A DNA stretch of 64,000 nucleotides, taken from positions 8,482 to 72,481 of the forward strand of contig DATAVA010000026.1 of assembly GCA_036267975.1 (NCBI GenBank), written 5' to 3'. The notes beneath the pieces are model-generated. The model was not told where the DNA came from. It ran no database searches and saw only the letters and a list, made by a program, of their open reading frames with translations. The DNA is from Steroidobacteraceae bacterium. Its GTDB lineage: Bacteria > Pseudomonadota > Gammaproteobacteria > Steroidobacterales > Steroidobacteraceae. Of the stretch, positions 37,843-47,800 are shown one piece after another. Every line of letters starts with the position of its first letter. Positions within the stretch are counted from its first letter, which is position 1. The translations under genes and the position numbers were made by a program.

Positions 37843-37945
37843 CGGGCTTTTGTCCCGCCGTGTATCCACCGTCGCAGGAAGATTCCTGGAAGTGGACTGC
37901 CTCTCTCGGACCAGTCGCCTGCAAACAGGCCGGAACCCTAGACGC
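37838..37945 (-). promoter_or_regulatory. Guanidine-I (ykkC/yxkD, subtype 1-like) riboswitch aptamer
   Basis: Minus strand reads GCGTCTAGGGTTCCGGCCTGTTTGCAGGCGACTGGTCCGAGAGAGGCAGTCCACTTCCAGGAATCTTCCTGCGACGGTGGATACACGGCGGGACAAAAGCCCGGGAGA. All conserved ykkC blocks I recall are present in order: CUAGGGUUCCG, GGUCCGAGAG, ACACGG, GGGA, AAAAGCCCGGGAGA. Supporting helices are GCCTG/CAGGC, TCCAC/GTGGA and CAGG/CCTG. Confidence 0.85.
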
Positions 37946-37988
37946 ACATTTCAATGAGGAACCTGCAAGGCACGTGCCTGTCGTGCGA

Positions 37989-38017
37989 ATTATCACGCGC
38001 CTTTCTGCAAATGGCTA
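37989..38017 (-). promoter_or_regulatory. Candidate sigma70 promoter for the riboswitch transcript
   Basis: Minus strand TAGCCA-N17-GATAAT, about 45 nt upstream of the aptamer. Weak -35. Confidence 0.25.
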
Positions 38018-38177
38018 AAAAAGCGGCAGTTGCGGGGATGTGTTGACGCCGCGCCAGACTGCGTTGGCAAAATGGCAGGCCGATTTTGCGCCTGCCATGC
38101 ACCAGCGGCGTGCGACGCCCTAAACTATCGCCCCGCTTAGTAACGATTGTTGCGCCCACACGGGGTATGACCCACGC

Positions 38178-38996
38178 ATGAAACACGGCTTTGCAGCTTT
38201 GGCCGACATGCCCGGCATGTGGAACCGGTCGCTGATCATTCAGGCTGACGGCGTACGTGACTCCAGCAGCCGGGTGCGGTGGCTGCAGGCGAGGACTTTA
38301 TTCGTGGACCTGCGACAAAGCGCTGCCCTGCCGGATTTCCCGCAGCTGCGCTGCCTGAACGATCTGACCTTCGCCGACTGCACGCAGCTGGCGCGCCAGC
38401 AAGGATTTGCCGGCCGTCTTCGCTTCGACGGCGATTGCTTCGAGTGGCTGCGCCTGATTGACTTCCAGCCCGCGAGCCTCAGCGCCGATGCCGGGCGCTT
38501 ACGGTGGGAAAATCAGACCCTCATCGAGGCCGGCCGGGACGTACCTTATGTTGAGCACTGGATGCGTGATCCGACGGTGGTAACGCGCCCGCTGGCCGCG
38601 CTGCGGCTGCGTGATGTCGACGCCGGTCTCGCCGGCCTTGCAGTACAGGTGGGAGCCGTGTTCATGTTTGCGCGCGATCGGCACAGATCGTTGCCGGCAG
38701 GCGCATCGCTGAATGACTGCATCGGGGCCGCCACATCCCTGGCTGATGCACGTACGATGCTGGACTGTGAGATTACGCTAGGATCAGCCGCAATCGGTGT
38801 GGGCGCTGCTGATGGCAGTGGCAGCGTGATTCTTGCGTCGACCCACCCGTGGCGGGTGAGCGAGCGCCTGCGGCTCGCATGCACAGGCTCGACCGTCACC
38901 ACGATGGATATCGACCCGACGGGCAGGTCCATGACGCGTCGCTGGGAAATAGTGGAATCCGAAGGCGATCCACAGGCGGTGTGGCCGAGCCGCTAG
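38178..38996 (+). CDS. Hypothetical protein
   Basis: 272-aa ORF with coding-like codon usage, no signal peptide and no motif I recognise. Confidence 0.55.
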   Translation: MKHGFAALADMPGMWNRSLIIQADGVRDSSSRVRWLQARTLFVDLRQSAALPDFPQLRCLNDLTFADCTQLARQQGFAGRLRFDGDCFEWLRLIDFQPASLSADAGRLRWENQTLIEAGRDVPYVEHWMRDPTVVTRPLAALRLRDVDAGLAGLAVQVGAVFMFARDRHRSLPAGASLNDCIGAATSLADARTMLDCEITLGSAAIGVGAADGSGSVILASTHPWRVSERLRLACTGSTVTTMDIDPTGRSMTRRWEIVESEGDPQAVWPSR

Positions 38997-39008
38997 GGCG
39001 GATTACGG

Positions 39009-40427
39009 CTATACGAGCTCGATGCCGGCACGCCGGAGTCGTGCGGCGATAGGCGCCAGGGGAGCCTCGTACTGTCTCCATAAGTCGACTGAAGTTGAGT
39101 AGATCGGGCCTCGGACCTGTGCGGCGCTCGCGGTGGTGCTGGCTGCGCCGCGCTGTCCGATATCGAGGCAGTCATCGCTCCATCCAAGACCACAGTGATC
39201 AAACACCCGTCGTGCTTCAGTCGCCGGCGATGTCACCAGCGTGTCATACGACACATCGAGGATCGCCTGCGGAATCACGCGGCGCCAGTGGGTCATGAGC
39301 CGGTGGTAGCCAATGTAGTAGTCGGCGATCTCACCGAGGTCGTACGAAAATGGATAGCCTTGGTTAAAGAGTGTTTTGAAAACGGCGTAGCAGGTCGCCA
39401 TCGGATGCCGCTGCATGTGCAGGATGCGCGCATTCGGCAGCGCAGCGTGGATGATTCCACCATAGAGATAGTTCAGCGGCATCTTGTCTATAAAGTAGGG
39501 TGTATGGCCGGTGCGTGGCCGTGTCCGCTCGAGATACGAAGCACCGAGGCTCGTGAAGTCGATCGTCGTGCTGGCAGCGACCATGTCGCGTCGCGAAATC
39601 TGATGTGTTCCGATCCTTTTGCGGATGGCATCAACAAGGACCGCCGCGAAATCGATCAACTCGCCTGCGGCGTATACCCCGGCGTTGCCGCTCATGATCC
39701 GCTCCAGGAGCGTGGAGCCGGTTCGCGGCATTCCGAGAATGAATATGGGCTCGGTGCTGCGACACCCGCGGGTATCCAGCCGCGCTTCGGGAAATGACTG
39801 AACTATCCAGCTGACAGAGTCGACATCATGTCGAATATCATAGTGTAGGTTACGGCGCCGAATGGCCGCGCCGGCCGCGAGGTGCTCCCATGATACGGCA
39901 TGTTGACCGATATCTTCGTACTCCTTGGCAAGCGCATACCGGATCGGCACCTCCCCGGTTGGCGCGCCAAAGCCCACGCGCAATCGTTTCAGCAGCGCTT
40001 CTATATGATTGCGGCCGGGCGTCTGCCTGCGCAGTTCCGAGCGGTTGTACCAGGCCTCGACATCCGCCGGATCGGTCGCGATGACACGGTCGTAATCGCT
40101 TTCCGCATCATCAGTCCTGCCGACAAAACGACGCACGGTGGCCCGATTGAACAAGTAGCGCGGATTGTCAGCATCGCGAACCAGCGCTTGATCGTACGCG
40201 GCGCATGCCTCGTGATATCGCTCCAGGCGGCCCAGGAACTCGCCCAGCACAGCAAAGTCATTGGCTTGCCTTGCCGCGGTGCGCGCGGCGTCGATAGCCT
40301 CGTTCAGCTCCTGCCAGCGCCGGGCCGCGCGCAGCGCGGTCGCAAGACGAATCCATGCCTGCGTGCTGCGCTCCCCCTGGGCAATCGCGCCTTGCGCCGC
40401 AGCGACCGCATCGAAGGCTGCCCCCAT
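39009..40427 (-). CDS. TPR-repeat sulfotransferase-family protein
   Basis: 472 aa. N-terminal TPR-like helices, then PAPS-binding-type ILGMPRTGSTLLERIMS and a later RHPMATCYA block. Starts 3 nt after the ABC ATPase stop. Confidence 0.8.
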   Translation of the reverse strand: MGAAFDAVAAAQGAIAQGERSTQAWIRLATALRAARRWQELNEAIDAARTAARQANDFAVLGEFLGRLERYHEACAAYDQALVRDADNPRYLFNRATVRRFVGRTDDAESDYDRVIATDPADVEAWYNRSELRRQTPGRNHIEALLKRLRVGFGAPTGEVPIRYALAKEYEDIGQHAVSWEHLAAGAAIRRRNLHYDIRHDVDSVSWIVQSFPEARLDTRGCRSTEPIFILGMPRTGSTLLERIMSGNAGVYAAGELIDFAAVLVDAIRKRIGTHQISRRDMVAASTTIDFTSLGASYLERTRPRTGHTPYFIDKMPLNYLYGGIIHAALPNARILHMQRHPMATCYAVFKTLFNQGYPFSYDLGEIADYYIGYHRLMTHWRRVIPQAILDVSYDTLVTSPATEARRVFDHCGLGWSDDCLDIGQRGAASTTASAAQVRGPIYSTSVDLWRQYEAPLAPIAARLRRAGIELV

Positions 40428-40430
40428 CGT

Positions 40431-41270
40431 TCAGTCCTGGGCCGAGGTGCGCGATAGCTTCTGCAGCAAATCCAGGTCGGTCTTCATGCCCGAGGTGGAT
40501 CGAATGCGCTCCAGAAGCGCCAGCTTCAGTTCCAGGAACACGGTTTGATGTTTCATCGGTTGCGATCGCTCGAGCGCCAGGGGCACCGGATACACCGTAT
40601 CCACGCGCCCGGGACGCGGTGCCATCAGGACCACGCGTCGGCCCAGATAGATTGCCTCCTCAACATCGTGCGTGACAAAGATTACCGTGCACAATTCCAG
40701 CTGCGAGACATGCAGGATCAGGTCATGCATGACCTCACGGGTCTGCGCATCCAATGCGCCGAAGGGCTCATCCATCAGCAGGATCCGCGGCCGGCTCATC
40801 AGGGCACGCGCGATGGCGACGCGTTGCTGCATGCCGCCCGAAAGCTGGTTCGGGTAGGCATCCGCCACTGCGGTCAGTCCCATGACGGCCAGCAGTGCTT
40901 CAGCGCGACCGGCTGCGACCTCGACATCGGCGCTGGTGCGATCGCGAGTGTGGGCAGCGAGCTGCCGTGTGAACTTGATGTTGCCAATCACCGTCAGCCA
41001 CGGGTACAAGCTGTAGTTTTGAAAGACCATGGCGCGATCCACGTCGGGACCGCTGATCGGCGCCCCGTCCACGGTGATTTCGCCGGCGCTCTGAGTTTCG
41101 ATTCCCGCAATCGTACGCAGCAGCGTCGACTTGCCGCATCCCGATGCCCCCACCAATGTGATGAACTCACCCTCTTCGACGCTGAGGTTGATGTCCTGCA
41201 GCGCTGTCAGCGCACGGGGACCGTTCCCGAAGGTCTTCCAGACTCCCTTGCACTGCACTGCAGTCGACAT
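40431..41270 (-). CDS. ABC transporter ATP-binding protein, NitT/TauT family
   Basis: ATG 41270. Walker [10 protein letters not shown], signature [15 protein letters not shown], Walker [13 protein letters not shown]. Confidence 0.9.
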   Translation of the reverse strand: MSTAVQCKGVWKTFGNGPRALTALQDINLSVEEGEFITLVGASGCGKSTLLRTIAGIETQSAGEITVDGAPISGPDVDRAMVFQNYSLYPWLTVIGNIKFTRQLAAHTRDRTSADVEVAAGRAEALLAVMGLTAVADAYPNQLSGGMQQRVAIARALMSRPRILLMDEPFGALDAQTREVMHDLILHVSQLELCTVIFVTHDVEEAIYLGRRVVLMAPRPGRVDTVYPVPLALERSQPMKHQTVFLELKLALLERIRSTSGMKTDLDLLQKLSRTSAQD

Positions 41271-41272
41271 GC

Positions 41273-42079
41273 TCAGCTTCGCAGATAAAGCCACGGGAAG
41301 GCCTTGCGGTGCATCAGGCGGAAAGTCTGATCCATGGCCAGTCCGATCAGGCCGATGAGAATGATGCCGCAGAAGATCTTGTCGGTTTGCAGGAAGCGCT
41401 GCGCCTTGATGATCGCGTACCCAAGGCCGGAGTTGGCCGCGACCAGTTCGGCAACGACCAGGTAGGTCCAGGCCCAACCCATCGTGATGCGCAGCGTATC
41501 CACCAGTCCCGGCTTCACTGACGGAATAATCACCAGCTCGATGATCTCCAGGCGCGAGGCGCCCATGGTCTGTGCCGCCTCGATCTGCGCCATCGGCACA
41601 CGCCTGACATCCTCCGCGACCATCAGCACCATCTGGAAGAAGGTACCGATGAAGATGATGCCAATCTTGGCCCCCTCATCGATGCCGATCCAGAGCATCA
41701 CCAGCGGGATGAAGGCCACGGCCGGCATGTAGCGGATGAAATCGGTGAGCGGCTCAAGCAACGCCTGCACGGAACGATAGGTACCAATGAACAGTCCCAA
41801 CGGCAGTGCGATCAGCGCGGACAGCGCCCAGCCTGCGACGACACGCATGGTGCTGATCGCGATATCGGCCAGCAACTCATCGTTGGTGTACCAGGTGCCG
41901 ACGCGTTTCAGCACGCTCAAGGGTCCGGGCAGGAACACCGGATTGACGATGCCGGTGGCGGAGAGGGTGGACCAGCCAATCAAAGGCAGCAGCAGTCCGA
42001 CGGTCGCCAGTATCCAGTAGCGCTGCTGCGTGATGGTGCCCCTGATGGTCCAGAATCCCATGGCACTTGCGCTCCTCAC
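41273..42079 (-). CDS. ABC transporter permease, NitT/TauT family
   Basis: 268 aa, 6 TMS, EAA-like loop AAQTMGASRLEIIELVIIPSVKP. Its start overlaps the SBP stop. Confidence 0.9.
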   Translation of the reverse strand: MRSASAMGFWTIRGTITQQRYWILATVGLLLPLIGWSTLSATGIVNPVFLPGPLSVLKRVGTWYTNDELLADIAISTMRVVAGWALSALIALPLGLFIGTYRSVQALLEPLTDFIRYMPAVAFIPLVMLWIGIDEGAKIGIIFIGTFFQMVLMVAEDVRRVPMAQIEAAQTMGASRLEIIELVIIPSVKPGLVDTLRITMGWAWTYLVVAELVAANSGLGYAIIKAQRFLQTDKIFCGIILIGLIGLAMDQTFRLMHRKAFPWLYLRS

Positions 42080-43056
42080 CGCTTCAATGCAGCGGACAGA
42101 ATCGAGCCGTCCACACCTTTGGCCGGGTCCGGCTTGCCGTCGATCAGTCGATTCGCCAGCAGGAAGGCGGCAATCTGCGGCGCCACGGTGACCAGACTCG
42201 AGGAGCTCGCGGGATTGAACCCATCAAGATTTGCCGCGGCGTCGAAGAAGCGTGTGCCTGGAAGGAAGACCTTGTAGTCGGCCGGATTCATGCCCACCAC
42301 CTTGGACATAATTTTTACCGCGGCGTCGGGATTGTTCTTGATGAAGTTCACGGTGTCTAACCATGCACGTGTCATGCCGATCAGGTCCTGGCGCTTGTTC
42401 CGGATCGCCGACTCCTGTGCGACCAGCAGGTCCGGAATCAGGCCAGCCATGTCACGCGAGGTGAACAGCGCACGTCCCTTGCCGGATTTCTCGATCTGGC
42501 TGATCCAGGGATTCCACACGACCGCGACCTCGACGCGCCCGCTGATGAATGCTGCCGCGGCGTCCCCGGCCGCCAGGTTGACCACGGTGACATCGCGAGG
42601 GGTGAGTCCGTGGCGGGCAAGCGCGGTGTAGAGCACGAAGTGCGACACGCTGAACTGCTCCAGTGCAACTTTCCTGCCCTTCAAGTCCGCAAAGCTGTGG
42701 ATCTTGGGACTGACCATCAGCGCGTCATTACCGAAGGAGTTGTCGTTGATCAGGACGGCCTTGAGCGGCAGCCCCTTCTGCAGCGGCCCGAGCGTGTCGG
42801 ACCAGGTCTGGCTGTTGGCATCCAACTGCCCGGTGGACAGCGCCGCGATTGAATCGCTGTAATTGGCGAACCAGATCAGCTTCACATCGGCGCCGTATTT
42901 CTTGAAATATCCCTGGTTCTCGGCGACGTACCAGGCAACCCAACCGGTCCAATCGGAGACGCCGACCTTGATTTCGGCGGTGGCTGGCGTGGTAAATGCG
43001 GTGAGCAGTGCGACTGCGGCGATGGCGGCCAAGGTGAGGGGAAATCGGCTCTTCAT
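42076..43056 (-). CDS. ABC substrate-binding protein (NMT1/THI5-like, urea-carboxylase-region type)
   Basis: 326 aa with a signal peptide ending ATAEIKVGVSDWTGW. Overlaps the allophanate hydrolase stop (ATGA). Confidence 0.85.
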   Translation of the reverse strand: MKSRFPLTLAAIAAVALLTAFTTPATAEIKVGVSDWTGWVAWYVAENQGYFKKYGADVKLIWFANYSDSIAALSTGQLDANSQTWSDTLGPLQKGLPLKAVLINDNSFGNDALMVSPKIHSFADLKGRKVALEQFSVSHFVLYTALARHGLTPRDVTVVNLAAGDAAAAFISGRVEVAVVWNPWISQIEKSGKGRALFTSRDMAGLIPDLLVAQESAIRNKRQDLIGMTRAWLDTVNFIKNNPDAAVKIMSKVVGMNPADYKVFLPGTRFFDAAANLDGFNPASSSSLVTVAPQIAAFLLANRLIDGKPDPAKGVDGSILSAALKR

Positions 43057-44888
43057 GAGGATGACTCCGGACTTGCGGGCTGAGTTGGGGGGGTTGATGA
43101 CATGGACGCGACATACGCGCGCCAGCCGCCCATCGAGGTGATGTCGCGAGCGCCCTCAATGGCGCGCGGCTCGGCGACGAATCCTTTGACGATGCTCCCG
43201 TCCGCGAGGACGATGCTGCCGATGGCCAGTGGAGCCGGGATTTCGGCGACAAAGCTGCCGAATGCAGCGAGGTCCAGGTCATAGACCTCGACGGCGATGG
43301 CGCTGCCGCCGCCGCGCGTGCCGGTGTGAATGAGGGCCGGTTTCGGTGGTGTCGTGTTGGCCATCGCGTAGAGGCGGTAGGCGGGTGCCGTATGGGTGGC
43401 GCCGACCAGTCGCGCGTGTCGCGAACTGAGCTGCCAGTGCAGCGGCATGCCGGACAGGTGCGCACCGACCACGGCCACCTGCACGCTCAGGGCGCGCGGC
43501 GTCAGATCCAGCGGCGGATTCACAATTGCCGGTGAACTGTTCAGATAGCGTTGCGCAAGATTCAGCAGCGCGCGATCCATGAATGCCTTGCCGACCAGGG
43601 TGATGCCGAAGCCGGTGTGATTGGCGCGGAATCCGGCGGGCACGGCCACGGCGCTCAGATCCATCAGGTTCACGAAATTCGTATACAGCCCGAGGTTGGC
43701 ATTCAGCGTGACGGGCTCGGCCAGCAGTTCACTCACGCGATAGATGGTCGGGGCGGTGGGTAGTACCAGCACATCAATGACGGACCAGAGTGTTTCGGCC
43801 TGGCGCATGAGTGCCTGCAGTTCATGTTGTCCGCGGAATACCTGTACACCGGTAGTCGCTGCGCCCGCGGCAATGATTGCGCGCACTACCGGATGAATCG
43901 CCCCGGATCGCGTGCGCAGGAAATCCTCGATGGCCGCGGTGCGTTCGGCGACCCAGGGTCCGCAGTACAGCAGCTGTGCTGCATTCAACAGCGCTGCGAT
44001 ATCCACTTCCACCGCGGTGCCACCGGCGGCCACCACTCGGGTGAGTGCTTCGCGGTATAGGCGCGAGGATGATTCGTCGCCAAAGAACTGCAGTTGTTCA
44101 GGTCGCGGCACGCCGAAATGGAAGGCGGGCCCCAGCATGGGCGGCGCCAGCGGATGACGTGCGTACGGGTCCGCGGCGTCAAAGCCTGCGACGACTTCAT
44201 CGACCATCGCCGCATCGTCCACATTTGCAGCGAGTACCGTGATGCAGTCTAAGGAGCGACACGCCGGCACCAGCCCCTGAGTGCTCCAGCGACCCCGGGT
44301 CGGCTTAAATCCGATCAGGCCATTGAATGCCGCCGGAACCCGCCCTGAACCGGCGGTGTCGGTGCCCAGGGCGAAGACCACCAGGCCGGCAGCGACGGCG
44401 ACGGCGGAGCCGGAACTGGATCCGCCGCTGATGAATTCGCGGTTGAATACGCAGCGCGGTGCGCCGTACGGGCTGCGCGTGCCCGCCAGGCCCGTTGCGA
44501 ACTGGTCCAGATTGGTCTTGCCAAGACACACCGCGCCGGCCGCCAGCAGGCGTTGCACCGTGGTGCTCGAGCGCTGCGCAGCATAGGCGAAGCCCGGGCA
44601 GGCCGCGCTGGTCGGCATGCCCTCGACATCGATATTGTCCTTTACCGCAAACGGCACCCCCGCCAGCGACAGTCGCTCTCCGCTGGCCACGCGGGCATCC
44701 ACCTCATGCGCCTGCTGCAGCACATCGCTGTCGCCGGCACGGTGGATAAAGATTTCCGGCTGAACGGGTGCGTACGCGGCGACGCGCAGCAGAGTCTGCG
44801 CCGCGATGTCGACAGCCTTGACGCGGCCGGCGTTGACGTCAGCGCTGATTTGAGCCACTCCCCACTGCAGCCGCGCATCGCCGGTCAT
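43053..44888 (-). CDS. atzF: Allophanate hydrolase
   Basis: Start refined to ATG 44888, overlapping the carboxylase TGA. Amidase signature GGSSSGSAVAVAAG plus a C-terminal AH extension. 611 aa. Confidence 0.9.
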   Translation of the reverse strand: MTGDARLQWGVAQISADVNAGRVKAVDIAAQTLLRVAAYAPVQPEIFIHRAGDSDVLQQAHEVDARVASGERLSLAGVPFAVKDNIDVEGMPTSAACPGFAYAAQRSSTTVQRLLAAGAVCLGKTNLDQFATGLAGTRSPYGAPRCVFNREFISGGSSSGSAVAVAAGLVVFALGTDTAGSGRVPAAFNGLIGFKPTRGRWSTQGLVPACRSLDCITVLAANVDDAAMVDEVVAGFDAADPYARHPLAPPMLGPAFHFGVPRPEQLQFFGDESSSRLYREALTRVVAAGGTAVEVDIAALLNAAQLLYCGPWVAERTAAIEDFLRTRSGAIHPVVRAIIAAGAATTGVQVFRGQHELQALMRQAETLWSVIDVLVLPTAPTIYRVSELLAEPVTLNANLGLYTNFVNLMDLSAVAVPAGFRANHTGFGITLVGKAFMDRALLNLAQRYLNSSPAIVNPPLDLTPRALSVQVAVVGAHLSGMPLHWQLSSRHARLVGATHTAPAYRLYAMANTTPPKPALIHTGTRGGGSAIAVEVYDLDLAAFGSFVAEIPAPLAIGSIVLADGSIVKGFVAEPRAIEGARDITSMGGWRAYVASMSSTPPTQPASPESSS

Positions 44889-47800
44889 ACCTCGTGCCCT
44901 TGCGTTTCCAGCGCGATGATGGCCGCGCCCGGATTGATGGCCTGTCGCGGTTGCACATACACCGCCCGCACAATGCCGGCCTGCGGGGCCGGCACATCGC
45001 ATTCCATCTTCATCGCTTCGATGACAGCAATTACCGTGCCGCGTGCAACCCGGTCCCCGGGCCGCACGTTGACCTTCCAGACATTGCCACCCAATGGGGC
45101 TTCGAGTACCTCGCTGCCGGCTGGGATCACGGAGGTGATCGCAGCCACATCGGCAGGTTCCTGCAGCAGTTTCTCGACCCGGGAGAACTCCTTGTCGCGC
45201 ACCCAGGCTTCGCGCTCGGCCTCGAATGCGGCCTGTCGCTGCGTCTGGAAAGTCTCGATGGCCGGTGCGTTCGCCGCCAGGAAAAGGCGATAGGCGGCGA
45301 GGCTGAAGGTCGCCGATTCGATACGGACATCGCGGCGGCCGAGGGGAAAGTCGCGGCGCCATTCCGTCAGCTCCGCATGGCTGACGGGAAAGAAACGGAT
45401 CTGGTCGAAGAACCGCAGCAGCCACGGCTTATCTTCGGTGAAGGCCTTGGTCTGTTGCCAGGTGTTCCACATCTGCACGGTGCGCCCGAAGAGCTGGTAG
45501 CCCCCGGGGCCCTCCATCCCGTAGATGCACAGGTAGGCGCCGCCGATTCCCACCACGTTCGGTGGCGTCCAGGTGCGCGCCGGGTTGTACTTGGTCGTCA
45601 CCAGCCGATGACGCGGGTCGAGAGGGGTGGCCACGGGCGCGCCGAGGTAAACATCGCCCAGTCCCATGACCAGGTAGCGTGCGTCAAAGACGATGTCGCG
45701 CACGGCATTGATCGACGGCAGTCCATTTATGCGGCGGATGAATTCGATGTTATCCGGGCACCAAGGCGCGTCACTGCGGACGCTGGCCATATACTTTTCG
45801 ATGGTTGCGTAAATCGCCGGGTCGCCCCAGGACAATGGCAGATGAATGACCCGTGAGGGGATGCTGAACTCAGTGAGGTCACCGATCCGATCCTCGGCAT
45901 CCGCGAGCGCGGCAAGCAAGGCGTCCTGAGTCAGCACGCGGCTGTCGAAGTGCACCTGCAAGGAGCGCACGCCGGGGGTGATGTCGATGACACCGGGCAG
46001 GGCACGACGCTGCAGCTCGAGCATCAGGGCATGGATCCGAATTCGCAGTGTCAGATCCAACATCAAGGGGCCGTACTCCACCAGGATGTGGCGGTCGCCC
46101 TGACGCCGATACACCACCTGGGGGCGCTGGCTGCGCGCCGCAATAGTGTCCAGGACGGGACTGTGCTGCGGCTTTCCACGCGCTGCGCTGGATGGGAGTG
46201 GCGGCGGCGGATCGCCGAACAGCGCTTCCATCGAATCCTCCGCGGCGCGTGCCTGCGTGTCGCTGACGATCTCGAAGCTGAGGCTGTCACCCGGGGCCAG
46301 CTGCCCCACCTTCCACAAATCGGCCTGGATTACGACCAGAGGGCATACGAATCCGCCCAGCGAGGGGCCGTCAGGTCCCAGGATGATGGGCATGTCGCCG
46401 GTGAAGTCGATCGTCCCGATGGCGTAGGCGTTGTCGTGAATGTTCGAGGGATGCAGTCCCGCCTCGCCACCATCGCGCCGCGCCCAGCGCGGGCGCGGCC
46501 CGATCAGGCGCACGCCGGTGCGGCTGGAGTTGTAGTGCACCTTCCAAGGCACACTGCTCAGCATGTCGATATCTTCGGGGGCGAAGAAGTCCGGTGCCCC
46601 GTGCGGACCGTACAATACCCGCAGCACCCACGCATGCGTGAGCCGCGGCGGGGAAATCGCAAGGGCATTGGCGGTGGTGGCAACGGGGCGCGGCTCACAC
46701 AGCCGCAGCACGTCACCGGCAACGAGCGTGCGACCGGCGTGTCCGCCAAATCGGCCCAGCGTAAAGGTGGAGCGGCTGCCGAGGTACACGGGCACATCGA
46801 TGCCTCCCGCAAGCAGCAGGTACGCGCGCATGCCGGCGCCACGGATGCGGCCCAGCTTCAGGGTCTGGCCGGCGCGAATCCGGACTGGCCGGAAGGCATC
46901 GATGGCGGCACCGTCGACGGATGCTTCGAGGGCGGCCCCCGTCACGCAAATGCGTGTGTCACGCCGGAACAGCAGCACCGGACCGTGCAACGTGATCTCC
47001 AGTCCCGCCGCATCCGGTGGATTGCCCAGCAGCTGGTTTCCGATGCGAAAGCTCAACGCATCCATCGGACCGCTGGGCGGTACGCCGACGTCCCAGTAAC
47101 CGCGGCGTCCAGGATGGTCCTGCACCGTCGTCGCAAGGCCGCCGCTTTGCACGCGTATCGTCTGCGGCTGGAACTGGATCGACTGTGCCATCGCGGTGAA
47201 GAGCTGACCGCTGACGAAGGCCTCGCTGCGCGCGGCCTGCCGCAGCCATTCGAGATTGGTCTCCAGTCCCTGCAAAGCAGTATGGTCCAGCGCCGTTTGC
47301 ATGGCACGCACGGCGCTGTCCCGGTCGCGCGCGGTGACAATGAGCTTGGCCAGCAGCGGGTCGTAGCAGGCGCTGACCTCGCTGCCGTCGGTCACCCAGG
47401 TCTCCACCCGCACATTCGGTGCGAACTTCACTTGGGACAGAACGCCGCTGCAGGGGCGGAAATCCTGGTCTGGGTCCTCGGCATAAATACGTGCCTGGAT
47501 CGAGGCGCCAACGCTGGCATCCTTCCAGGTGTCCAGAAAATCTAGCTCGCCCGCGGCGCCGCGAACCATCCATTCAACGAGGTCCACGCCGGTGACCTGC
47601 TCCGTGACTCCGTGCTCGACTTGCAGTCGGGTATTCACCTCGAGGAAGAAGAACTGATCGCGCTCGGGGTCGTACAGGAACTCCACGGTTCCTGCTGAGA
47701 GATAGTGCGCCGCACGACCCAGACGCAGGGCCGCATCGCGCAGGCTGGCGCGCGTGGCAGCGGGAAGATGCGGCGCAGGCGCTTCCTCCATCAGCTTCTG

